A stretch of DNA of 64,000 bases, taken from positions 65,801-129,800 of the forward strand of contig JBJHCF010000009.1 of NCBI GenBank assembly GCA_050506795.1. Reading direction: 5' to 3'. Position 1 is the stretch's first letter, and every line of letters begins with the position of its first letter. The position numbers and the translations under genes were made by a program. The notes under the pieces were generated by a model. That model was given only the letters and a program-made list of their open reading frames with translations. It was not told the DNA's origin and ran no database searches. The DNA comes from Opitutia bacterium. Lineage in GTDB: Bacteria; Verrucomicrobiota; Verrucomicrobiia; Opitutales; T3Sed10-336. Below, one piece after another: positions 30,840 through 41,900 of this stretch.

Positions 30840-31095
30840 CCATAATTAGGGAAATTTAGTTCCGGGTGACAACAAGATTTAACTCACATGCTTAGATGAT
30901 GAAGGAATCTTTTAAATCTCCCTATTCATATTAAGGGGTGTGTAAAAGCTCAATTACCCTTTCGATTCGTTTGTCGGCGACCCCTGGAGGAGGGTTGGGC
31001 CTGTGAGTAACCTGTCGGCAAAAAAGAGCAAAGGCCGAGTTCTTCCCACGGCACGAGTTATTCTTTTTTTTCGACAGGGTTATTAACAGGTAATT
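30840..31095. other. Candidate replication origin (oriC)
   Basis: AT-rich tract next to dnaN; TGTGTAAAA (30939-30947) matches the DnaA box TGTGNAWAA; one-mismatch boxes TGTGAGTAA (31002), TTTTCGACA (31068), TTATTAACA (31080). Confidence 0.55.
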
Positions 31096-31966
31096 CTGAC
31101 CGGTTTTTTGCCGCTTTACGTTCTTCACGCCATTGGCGGATTCGTTCCAGGCGGACTGACCGTCGCCGCCAGTGGCTGTAGATTCCGTAAAAGATGTAAG
31201 CCAGGAAAATCGTGACCAGGCCCACTTCCCTCCAAAGGAAGAGTGCGCCCGCGGCCGCGAAGATCACGATGAAGGTGCGGAAACGAGCCCGGGTATTCCA
31301 GTCGATCTCCTTGAAACTGGGGTAGTGGATGGAACTGACCATCAGGTAGGCGATCAGGATCATCAGGACCGGGAGCACGATCGACAGGCGCTGCAATTCG
31401 TGGGAGTTGAGGAAAAAAACCAGCGACGCTATGGTGCCGGCCGCGGCGGGAACCGGCAGCCCGACAAAATCCTTGGTCGGGTTGCTGGTTTCCCGGTGGA
31501 AGACCGCCGGGTGGGTGATGACGTTAAAACGGGAGAGTCGTACCGCCGCGCAGAGCAGGTAAATGAATCCGATAAACCAGCCGATCCTCTGGAAGAACGG
31601 GTACTGGTCGGTGGGGGAGAGAATGAGGAAAAAAACCATCAGGGCCGGCGCCATGCCGAAGGAGATAATATCCGCTATGGAGTCGAATTCCTTGCCGAAC
31701 AACGATTCCCGTCCTCCCAGGCGGGCCAGACGCCCGTCGAGGGAATCGAAAATAACCGCGGCCAGGATAAACCCCACCGCGTGGGTATAATAGAGCGACG
31801 ACAGGGATTCGTCGCCCATCATGCCCGCCATATGGGCCTGGATGCATTTGATCACCGCCACAAAACCGCAAAACAGGTTCCCCGCGGTCATGAGATTCGG
31901 CAGCAAGTAGATACGGCTCGCCCGGCTGGCCTCGAAGATTTCCTGCTTGGAGTTCGGTTCGGTCAT
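31058..31966 (-). CDS. pssA: CDP-diacylglycerol--serine O-phosphatidyltransferase
   Basis: LPNLMT.GNLFCG, DSLDGRLAR...GKEFDSIADIISFG.AP, RLSRFN, FVGLPVP. Confidence 0.92.
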   Translation of the reverse strand: MTEPNSKQEIFEASRASRIYLLPNLMTAGNLFCGFVAVIKCIQAHMAGMMGDESLSSLYYTHAVGFILAAVIFDSLDGRLARLGGRESLFGKEFDSIADIISFGMAPALMVFFLILSPTDQYPFFQRIGWFIGFIYLLCAAVRLSRFNVITHPAVFHRETSNPTKDFVGLPVPAAAGTIASLVFFLNSHELQRLSIVLPVLMILIAYLMVSSIHYPSFKEIDWNTRARFRTFIVIFAAAGALFLWREVGLVTIFLAYIFYGIYSHWRRRSVRLERIRQWREERKAAKNRSELPVNNPVEKKE

Positions 31967-31976
31967 GGGGCGGATC

Positions 31977-32327
31977 TTATTTTTTCAGACTTTCCAGGTA
32001 TTTCCAGAAGGACTGGTGCTGTTCCACCATCTGCTGCTCCGAAACCGGCAATTTGGTTCGAAACAGGAAGTCGGCCAGAGAATTCTTGTCCAAAATGTAG
32101 TGGCTGTAGAAGGTTTCGCCGCGAAGTTCGAAATAGATGCGGTGGTTCCCGGCCCGGAGTCGGAAGTAGGTCACCCCCTCACGATGAAATTTGCCCAGCG
32201 GCTCACGCGGGTGGGCGAGGTCGTTGGCCGTCAGGTTGCTGATGGGTTCGAGCAGTTGCATCTGCTCGCGCGCGTCCATCTTGGCCAGTTCGCGCATGCT
32301 TTGGTCGCTAAAAGTGATCTGGTACAT
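31977..32327 (-). CDS. RelE/ParE-fold protein, no adjacent antitoxin
   Basis: MYQITFSDQS...YFRLRAGNHRIYF RelE-like pattern. Confidence 0.65.
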   Translation of the reverse strand: MYQITFSDQSMRELAKMDAREQMQLLEPISNLTANDLAHPREPLGKFHREGVTYFRLRAGNHRIYFELRGETFYSHYILDKNSLADFLFRTKLPVSEQQMVEQHQSFWKYLESLKK

Positions 32328-32495
32328 CGGTTGGAGGAAAAACACTCAGGATTGAGGAGACAATGCTGGCAGGCCGGCACATATCTGGCAACCAGGAATG
32401 GCGGAAGGTTCCCGGCACTGCTCCAGGGGGTTGACACCCGGGCTTGGTTTTTGAGGATAACGGCAGCCCCGGAACGGTTTAAGGGGTGACAACCT

Positions 32496-32873
32496 TTGAA
32501 AACTTGCGGAAAAGTGGAGCTATATTGGTCGGCATTTTACCGGGATTATACCGAGGAGGAGATCCATCAGTTCGCCCCTCGCGAAGGCGGCGTCTACCTG
32601 CTCTGGGTGCGAACCAAGAGTCGTAAATGGCGTTGTTTTTACGTCGGAGCCTCCGACAACATTGAATCGGCTCTCCTGAGACACCTTTCTCCTGAGGAAG
32701 AGAATACCGCGATGCGCGAACAGCTCACCGAGTTCGTCTGCGGATTCGAATATGCCCGGGTGGCCGGAGAGGAGGAGCGCAACGGGATCGTGAAGTATCT
32801 TTACGACCGCTACAAACCCGATCTCAACCCGACCGATCCCGGCGGGGTCCCGATCGAGGTTAACGCGCCCTGA
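32496..32873 (+). CDS. Stand-alone GIY-YIG-like domain protein
   Basis: GGVYLL...FYVGASDNI...L.RH...P.LN; TTG start. Confidence 0.6.
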   Translation: MKTCGKVELYWSAFYRDYTEEEIHQFAPREGGVYLLWVRTKSRKWRCFYVGASDNIESALLRHLSPEEENTAMREQLTEFVCGFEYARVAGEEERNGIVKYLYDRYKPDLNPTDPGGVPIEVNAP

Positions 32874-32891
32874 ATTCGGCGCCGGCGAAAT

Positions 32892-32907
32892 TACGTAGTT
32901 CTACGTA
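32892..32907. promoter_or_regulatory. Perfect 7-2-7 palindrome upstream of the giant gene
   Basis: TACGTAG-TT-CTACGTA, 36 nt before the TTG at 32944. Confidence 0.5.
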
Positions 32908-32943
32908 TAGCATTCCGGATACGCGACCCGGTACGATTAGGAT

Positions 32944-35900
32944 TTGTTTCCTATGACCGTACCATTTCTTATTCTCCGCCGGGCCCAGGTTAATCTTCTC
33001 TCGACGGTCTGCGGCGCTGCCGGGCTTCTTTTCGGCAGTTTGCAGGCGACGGAATCCCTGGTCACCGATTTTGACGATCCTCTGATTCGTCTTGACGGCT
33101 GGAAGGTTTTAACGGCCGAGGGAGTGGCCAACGATATCGGGAATCCGCGCTGGGAACCCGCGGGCGGCAACCCCGACGGTTACTTCGCGGTGGAGGATCT
33201 AGCGCGCGGCGGGGTGATTTACTACTCGGCGCCGCCGAAGTTTTTGGGCGACCGTTCCGCCGCTTACGGCCTGGAACTGCGGTACGACGTGTCGTCCACC
33301 ACGACAAACAGCAGTTTCGATCGGGACGACCTGGTTTTGGAGGGGGAAAATCTGCGCCTGATCTATCGTCACGATCCGATGCCCGAGCCGGACGGCTGGG
33401 TCTCTTTCTCCCTCTTGCTTGAGGAGGGAAGCCGGTGGCGGGTCATGGACGTTTCCGAGGAATGGGAAGGACACGGCTGGGAGACGGAAGGGGATACACC
33501 TTCCGAGAGTCAGTTTATCGAAGTGCTGGCCGACTTGCGGGGATTGTACATCCGGGGTGAATTCTGGTCCGGGTCGTCTTCGTTGGGCCTGGACAATGTG
33601 GAAATGGAGGTGTTGGCAGGTTCCATTCAAGCCCCTATGGAGGTTGTGGAAGCGTACTGGCTGGGAGGTGACGGCGATTGGACCGATGCCGCCAACTGGA
33701 GCACCGACAGCTATCCGCGCAACGATGTCCCGGAGCAGGGATACCGTTACCGGGCCATCATCGATGCCGAAGGGGATTACACGGTTACCCTGGATGAAGA
33801 TTTGCTGATCGAAGAATTGGAGCTGGATGCGGGCGGGGCCACGCTGGAATTTAATTCCTCCACCCTGTACGCGCCGGAGGGGATCCGACTTTTAGACGGC
33901 CGTATGGAGTTGAACGGCAGTCTCCTGTACGCGACCGAGGTGACCGGAAATCCGCAGGCGACCCTGGCCGTCACCGGGAACAGTCGCTTGCTGGACGTCA
34001 CCCTGCAATCGGTGGAATTGTTTATCGCCAGCGGCAACGACGTGCTGGTTGCGGGTGACTTGACCCTTGACGACGCCGTGATCCGCCTGGACCGGACGTC
34101 GAATTTTGTGGATACGCGGCTGCGTTTCGACGACGGAGCGCTTCAGACGCTGGCCGGAGTGGGAGAAGTGATCTTCGACGGCAGCAGCAGCGGCAATTTG
34201 CACCGACAGCGGGTGGAAGCCATCAACGAGGGCGGCCATCTGGTCGTGGAATCCGGAATTACCGTTCGTACCGGTCAGCAAGGCGGTCAGTTGGGGAACA
34301 CCGACAATCCGATTACCAATTATGGCACCGTTCGTGCGCAAACGGATGGACGATTCATCAATTTTTACGGCTCGAATGCGGTTAATGAAGGCTCCCTGGA
34401 AGCGATCGAAGGGGGTATGCTGAGGATCGACGGAAGCTTTATCAACAACGCCCAGATTTCCGGCGACGATGGAGCCATCGAGTTGCGCGGTGATTGGTCC
34501 AACGCCGGGACCTTGGAAACCGTGGATACCCTGGTCGATTTCGGCAGCGAGTTTACCCTGGCGGACGTCGGTACCTTCAGTCGCGACGGCGGAACGGTAA
34601 GAATTACCGGAACTCTGCACAACACCGGCGCGACCCTCATGCTCGACGAATCGTTCGGTACCTGGGACCTGCACGGGGGTGCCATAATTGGAGGAACGGT
34701 GGCGTCGGACGCCGATTTTCGCCTGCGGGCCACAGCTTCCGGAAGGCTTGAGGAGGTCACCCTGCAATCGGTGGAGCTTTTTCTCGCCAGCGGCAACGAC
34801 GTGCTGGTTGCGGGCGACCTGACCCTGGACGACGCGGTGATCCGTTTCGACCGAACCTCTAACTTTGTGGATACGCGATTGCGCTTCGACGACGGAGCGC
34901 GACAGACCCTGGCTGGGGTGGGGGAAGTGATCTTCGACGGCACCAGCAGCGGCAACCTGCACCGCCAGCGGGTGGAAGCGATCAACGAGGGCGCCCACCT
35001 CGTGCTGGCCGAGGGCATCACCGTGCGCACGGGCACCCAGGCCGGACAGATCGGCAACGCCAATTATCCCTTCACCAATTACGGCCGCCTGGTGGCCGAA
35101 ACCTCCGATCGCAGTCTGCTGGTGGCGGGTAACGATTTCATCAACGAAGGCATTATCGAAGTCCGTGATGGCGGCCGGATCCAAATCAGCGGCCTGGCAG
35201 GAGACCTCAACACTTTGATTATGGACCCCTCCGGCGGCCGGGTCGATCTCGACGGCGATTACACCCTCAATCAGGATGTCACCGTACCGGAAGGCGCCCA
35301 CCTGACGCTTTCCGGAAATTGGACCAATACCGCCACCATTATTCTTGATGAAGGCCGTCTCGACCTCGGTGATACCTACAGCGCGGCCAGTCTGGGAACC
35401 ATTACCCGAACCCGGGGCGAGCTGCGTCTGAGCGGGACTTTGGAGAACGATGATACGGTTTTTGACCTGACCGCGATTTCGGGAGATTCCGGAGAAATCA
35501 CTTTGGACGCCGGAACGATAAACGGCGGGACCTTGACCGGGAACGACGACGTCCTGATCCGGGTGATCAGCAACAGTCGCCTGGAAAACGTTACCCTGTC
35601 CTCGCTGGAACTCTTTATCGCCAGCGGCAACGACGTGCTGGTTGCGGGTGATCTGACCCTCGACGACGCGGTGATCCGTTTCGGGCGAACCTCGAATTTC
35701 GTGGATACACGGCTGCGCTTCGACGACGGAGCGCTACAGACCCTGGCTGGGGTGGGAGAAGTGATCTTCGACGGCACCAGCAGCGGCAACCTGCACCGCC
35801 AGCGGGTGGAAGCGATCAACGAGGGCGCCCACCTGATCCTGGCCGAAGGAATCACCGTGCGCACGGGCACCCAGGCCGGACAGATCGGCAATGCCAGTTA

Positions 35901-38900
35901 CCCCTTCACCAATTATGGCCGGCTGGTGGCGGAAACGGCCAACCGCACTCTTATCGCAGTGGGAAGCGAGTTGGTCAATGAGGGCAGCCTCGAGGCTTTT
36001 GCCGGAGGGCACCTTGATGTGCGCGGACTTTCGGGAGAATCAAACACACTCCTCCTGCAGGATGAAAATAGCCGCATTACCCTCGCGGGTGATTATGTGG
36101 TCAGTGAGGATGTAATCGTTTATCCGGGCACCACACTGAGCCTGACGGGCCAGTGGCACAACCAGGCTACCCTGTTTCTCGACGAAGGACTCCTGAATTG
36201 CGAGGGAGATTTTAATACCGCCGACCTGGGCAATGTGGAGAGCACCGGCGGGAACGTCAGGCTGATCGGAAACCTCGACAACACCGATTCTTTGTTCGAT
36301 ATCGCGGCTTATGCCGGAAACGAAGGAACGGTCAACCTGCACGGCGGAACGATTTCCGGCGGAATCATTTCCGGAAACGGTTCTTCGGTATTGCGGGTGA
36401 CCAATAATGGACGCCTCGACGACGGAATCGTGCTGTCCTCGCTGGAACTCTTCATCGCCAGCGGTAACGACGCGCTGGTTGCGGGCGACCTGACCCTGGA
36501 CGACGCGGTGATCCGTTTCGACCGAACCTCTAACTTTGTGGATACGCGATTGCGCTTCGACGACGGAGCGCTACAGACCCTGGCTGGGGTGGGGGAAGTG
36601 ATCTTCGACGGCACCAGCAGCGGCAACCTGCACCGCCAGCGGGTGGAAGCGATCAACGAGGGCGCCCACCTGGTGCTGGCCGAAGGCATCACCGTACGCA
36701 CAGGCACCCAGGCCGGACAGGTTGGCAACACCAGTTCCCCCTTCACCAATTATGGCCGGCTGGTTGCGGAAACGGCGAACCGGACTTTGATTGTGGCCGG
36801 AAACGATTTTGTCAACGAGGGTATACTGGAAGCTCGAAACGGTGGGACCATTGACGTTCGGGGTTTGACCGGTGATTCCAACGACATTCTTTTTTCCGGG
36901 AATGGAGGCCGAGTCATTCTCGATGGCGACTACGTTATCAATCAGGATGTGCTGGTACCAGCCGAGGCCCGCCTGACGTTGCGGGGGGATTGGATCAACC
37001 AGGCTACGATCACGGCCCAGGAGGGAACGATCGACCTGGAGGGCGATTGGAGCAACGAGGGAGTCCTGGCGGTCAACGACACCCTGATCGACCTGGACGG
37101 GGATATAACGTTGGATGCGTTGGGGACGTTGCAACGCGATGGTGGGACCGTCCGCCTGTTGGGAACCCTGCATAACGAGGGTGGAGTGCTGGCCCTTGAT
37201 TCGACGACCGGGTCGTGGGAATTGCACGGTGGCTCAATTTTGGGCGGTACCGTCAGCGGCGACGGGACCGAGTCGCTCCGGGTCACCAATGACGGCCGAT
37301 TGGATGGCGTGACGCTCTCCTCGGTGGTATTGTTTATCGCCAGCGGCAACGACGTGCTGGTCTCGGGCGACCTGACCCTGGACGACGCCACGATCCGTTT
37401 CGACCGGACGTCGAACTTTACGGATACCCGGCTGCGCTTCGATGATGGCGCGCTGCAGACCCTGGCCGGGTTGGGTGAAGTGATCTTCGACGGCAGCAGC
37501 AGCGGCAACCTGCACCGTCAGCGGGTGGAAGCCATCAACGAGGGCGCCCACCTGGTGCTGGCCGCCGGCATCACCGTGCGCACGGGAACGCAGGCCGGAC
37601 AAATCGGCAACGCCGATTATCCGGTCACCAATCATGGGCGCCTGCTCGCGGAGACGGCCAACCGAACCCTGATTTTGGTGGGAAATGATTTGGTGAACCA
37701 AGGGATCCTGGAAGCTCGCGAAGGAGGTCAGTTGGATGTGCGGGGGCTGACCGGCGACGCGGCAACCGTGCTCCTGGAGGGTGAGTCGAGTCGAATCATC
37801 GTCGACGGAATCTACACTTTAAATGAATCGGTGAACGTGCTTCCCGGCGCTCGCCTGACCTTGAGGGGAGAATGGGAAAATCCGATCGCGGTGACCGTTG
37901 ACGCCGGAACGTTCGACCTGGAGGGAGACTGGAGCAACACCGGCGCCATTTTTGCGTCGGAGTCACTGGTGCAACTGGACGGAACGTTCACTCTGGCCGA
38001 ACTCGGTGATTTCTCGCGCAGTGGAGGAACGGTGCGCCTCACCGGGACGCTGGACAATGCCGAAACCACGCTTGATCTCGATGAAGCGTTCGGCTCCTGG
38101 AATCTGCACGGCGGAACAATCCTCGGAGGAGAGGTGACCGGATCCGAAGACGCGGTACTGGGAATCACCGACGACGGCCGGCTGGAGCAGGTCACTTTGA
38201 GCGGTATCGAACTTTTTATCGCCAGTGGCAACGATGCGCTGGTATCCGGCGACTTGACCCTGGACGACGCGGTCATTCGCTTCGACCGGACCTCGAACTT
38301 CACGGATACGCGGCTGCGCTTCGATGACGGGGCGCTACAGACGCTGGCCGGAGCGGGTGAAGTGATTTTTGACGGCAGCAGCAGCGGCAACCTGCACCGT
38401 CAGCGGGTGGAAGCCATCAACGAGGGCGCCCACCTGGTGCTGGCCGCGGGCATCACCGTGCGCACAGGCGTCCAGGCCGGGCAAATCGGCAATGCGAGTT
38501 ACCCCCTGACCAACCACGGCCGGCTGGTGGCGGAAACCTCCAACCGCACCCTCATCGTGACCGGAAGCGAATTCGTCAACCAGGGAACTCTGGAGGCCAG
38601 AGGCGGCGGCACGCTGGACGCGCAGGACCTCGGAGCCAACGCCGGACATCTCCTGGCGGGCGCCGGTGGCCGAATTATCACCGGAGGAAACCTGGGGGAT
38701 TTTGACAGTTTGACTTTCGAAATCGGAGCGCTTTCCGGGAATCAATTCGGGCGTATCGAAGTTTCCGGCACCGCCACGCTGGGCGAAAGCGCCGAGGTGC
38801 TCCTCACCGGAGAAGCGCCGTTGAACCTCGGGGACAGTTTTACGGTGCTGGAGGCGGGTTCCGTCGAAGGCGTTTTCGCCGAGGTGACCATCCCCGAGGA

Positions 38901-41900
38901 GTCCGGTGTGCCGGTCCTGGAATTGAGCTATGACGCCCAGTCCGTTATCTTCGCGGTCCCGCAGCGCGCGCCGCTTCAGCCCATTGATCCGGTCCCGGCA
39001 GACGGCATGGCCGAGGTGATCATCAACCCGACGCTGAGCTGGAATGATGGCGGGTTGAGTGAATCCTTCCGCCTTCATCTGGGCGTCAACCCCAACCCGA
39101 TGGCGGAACCGGAACTGTCGACCCAGGAAACCACCAGTTTCAATCCCGCCACCCTGGAATGGGGGACCACCTATTACTGGCAAATTGTCGCCCTGAACGA
39201 ATACGGCCAAACCCCGGGTCCGGTTTGGTCGTTCACCACGCGCGATGAACCCGACCTCTCCGCAGGGACCTACTGGACCGCGGCCGGCGGGAATTGGACC
39301 GACGGCGGGAATTGGACCAGCACGCCGCATTACCCGGATAACGAATCCCCCGATCCGGGCGACCGATACACCGTGATCATCGACGCGGCCGGCGTCTACG
39401 AGATTATTCTCGACAGCGATGTCACTATCGATCGCTTGATTCTCGACGCGCCCGGCGCCACCCTTCGTCACACCGGCGGCACACTCACGGTCCTCGACGA
39501 AGTCGAAGTGCTGGCCGGAACCTACGAGCTTGCCGGCGGCACGTTGGCCGAGGGACGTTTGAGCGAGGGAGCGGAAGGCTCGGTCCAGCTGACCGCCAAC
39601 AGCCGCTTCGAAAATGTTACCATCGACTCTTCCCTGGAGATGATTGTCCCCAATTCCCGGATACTTTATGTTTCCGGCGATCTGACTCTGGACAATGCGA
39701 CCGTGCGCATGCACAGCACGGGATCCATCACCCGGATACGCTTTGACGGACAGGAGGAACAGCACCTGGCCGGCGTCGGCGAGGTGGTCTTCGACGGCGA
39801 CAGCACCTCCGACACCCGGCATCGCGTCGAGTCTTGGGGCACCGGCACGCACCTTGTTATCGGCGAAGGGATCACGATCCGGAGCGGGGAAATGGGCGGC
39901 CAGATCGGAGTCTCCCAGGCCCTGACCAACGCCGGAGTCATTGTCTCCGGCACCCCCGGGCGTACGATGGAAGTGACGACCAACGCGACCTTCAACAATA
40001 ACGGAATCCTGGTGGCCGAGAATGGCGGTATTCTGGAGGTGAATGGGCTGATCGGCCCGGCCGGCGCGGTGACGATCCTGGATGCGGGCACGGAGGTTCG
40101 CCTGGACGGGGATTTTGTGGTCGATCAGGACATCGACGTTCCCGCCGGATCGCGTTTGAGTCTGGCCGGAGAAATGGAAAACCTGGCGTCGATCGACGTC
40201 ACTTCCGCCCAACTGGACCTGAGCGGCAATTGGGTGAATAGCGGGTTGATTTCGGCGTTCGATTCCCTGGTCGACCTCGGAGGCGTCTTCCGGTTTTCGG
40301 ACACCGGGATCTTCGACCGCATCGGAGGAACCGTTCGTCTGACCGGAACCCTGAATAACGAAGGCGCGACGCTGCATCTTAATGAGACAACCGGTTCCTG
40401 GGATTTGCATGGAGGGCGCATACTCGGAGGAACGATTGCCTTTGCCGACGGCGAGGCCTTGAACCTCACCACGAGCAGTACCTTGGAGAATACCACCCTG
40501 GATTCTTCGGTAGAGTTCGTGGTGTCCAATGGCAATATACTCTACGTTGCGGGGAATCTGACCCTGAACGACGCGATCGTGCGCATGCACAGCACCGGGT
40601 CGATTACGCGGATTCGCTTCGAAGACGGCGAGGAGCAGCACCTGGCGGGATCGGGAGAAATAGTATTCGATGGCGACAGCACCTCGGACACCCGGCACCG
40701 GGTCGAATCCTGGAGCAGCGGCACCCATCTCATTATCGCCGAAGGCATCACCATCCGGAGTGGAGAAATGGGCGGGCAGATCGGTGTGTCGCGGGATGTC
40801 ACCAATCACGGAACCATCGTATCGGAAACGCCGGGACGCACGGTGGAGGTCGCCACCAATGAGTCTTTCACCAATACCGGAAACCTGCGCGCTGAAAACG
40901 GCGGGGTTCTGGAAGCGGACGGACTGAACGGTCCGGCAGGAGGGATCACCGTAATCGGCCAGGACAGCCGGGTCCTTCTGGACGGAAATTTCGTGGTGAA
41001 TCAGAATATCGACGTTCCCGAGGGAACCCGGCTGGGTCTACTGGGCACGGTCGAAAATCAGGCCGTCATTACCGTAACCGATGCCCGGCTGGACCTCGGT
41101 GGCTCCTGGAGCAACGACGGTGTCATTAACGCCGTCGATTCCCTGGTCGATCTGGGAGGCACTTTCAGTCTGGCCGGTCTCGGCGCCTTCAATCGCACGG
41201 CGGGGACGGTGCGTCTGACGGGCACATTGGAGAATGAGGATGTGACGTTGTTGCTGGACGAGACGACCGGCTCCTGGGATTTGCATGGGGGACGCGTGGT
41301 TGGCGGAACGATAGCCTTCGCCGACGGAGAGACCCTTAATCTCACCGCGAGCAGTACCCTGGAGAACGCTACACTGGATTCTTCGGTGGAGTTCGTGGTG
41401 TCCAATGGCAATATTCTCTACGTTGTGGGGAATCTGACTCTGAACGACGCGATCTTGCGTATGCACAGCACCGGATCGATTACGCGGATCCGCTTCGAAG
41501 ACGGCGAGGAGCAGCACCTGGCCGGCACGGGAGAGATCGTTTTCGATGGCGACAGCACTTCGGACACCCGGCACCGCGTGGAATCCTGGAGCAGCGGCAC
41601 CCATCTTGTTATCGCCGAAGCCATCACCATCCGCAGTGGAGAAATGGGCGGTCAGGTCGGCGTCTCCCGGGCACTGACCAATCACGGCACGATCGTATCG
41701 GAAACACCGGGACGCACGGTGGAAATCAACACCAATGAAACCTTTGTCAACACCGGCTTGCTGTGGGCCTCCGGCGGCGGGGGGTTGACGATCGCCTCCT
41801 TGGAAACCAACACCGGTCACTTGCGCGCCGACGCTTCGAGTCGCATTGAGGTCGGAGACGATGCCGGCACCGGAACCGGATTCCGTACGCAAATCGGTGG

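Noticed and set aside
34021..41760. Regularly spaced repeats as a CRISPR array or DGR template/variable pair
   Set aside because: Units are hundreds of nt, in frame and protein-coding; differences are not adenine-specific; no cas or reverse transcriptase gene is present.
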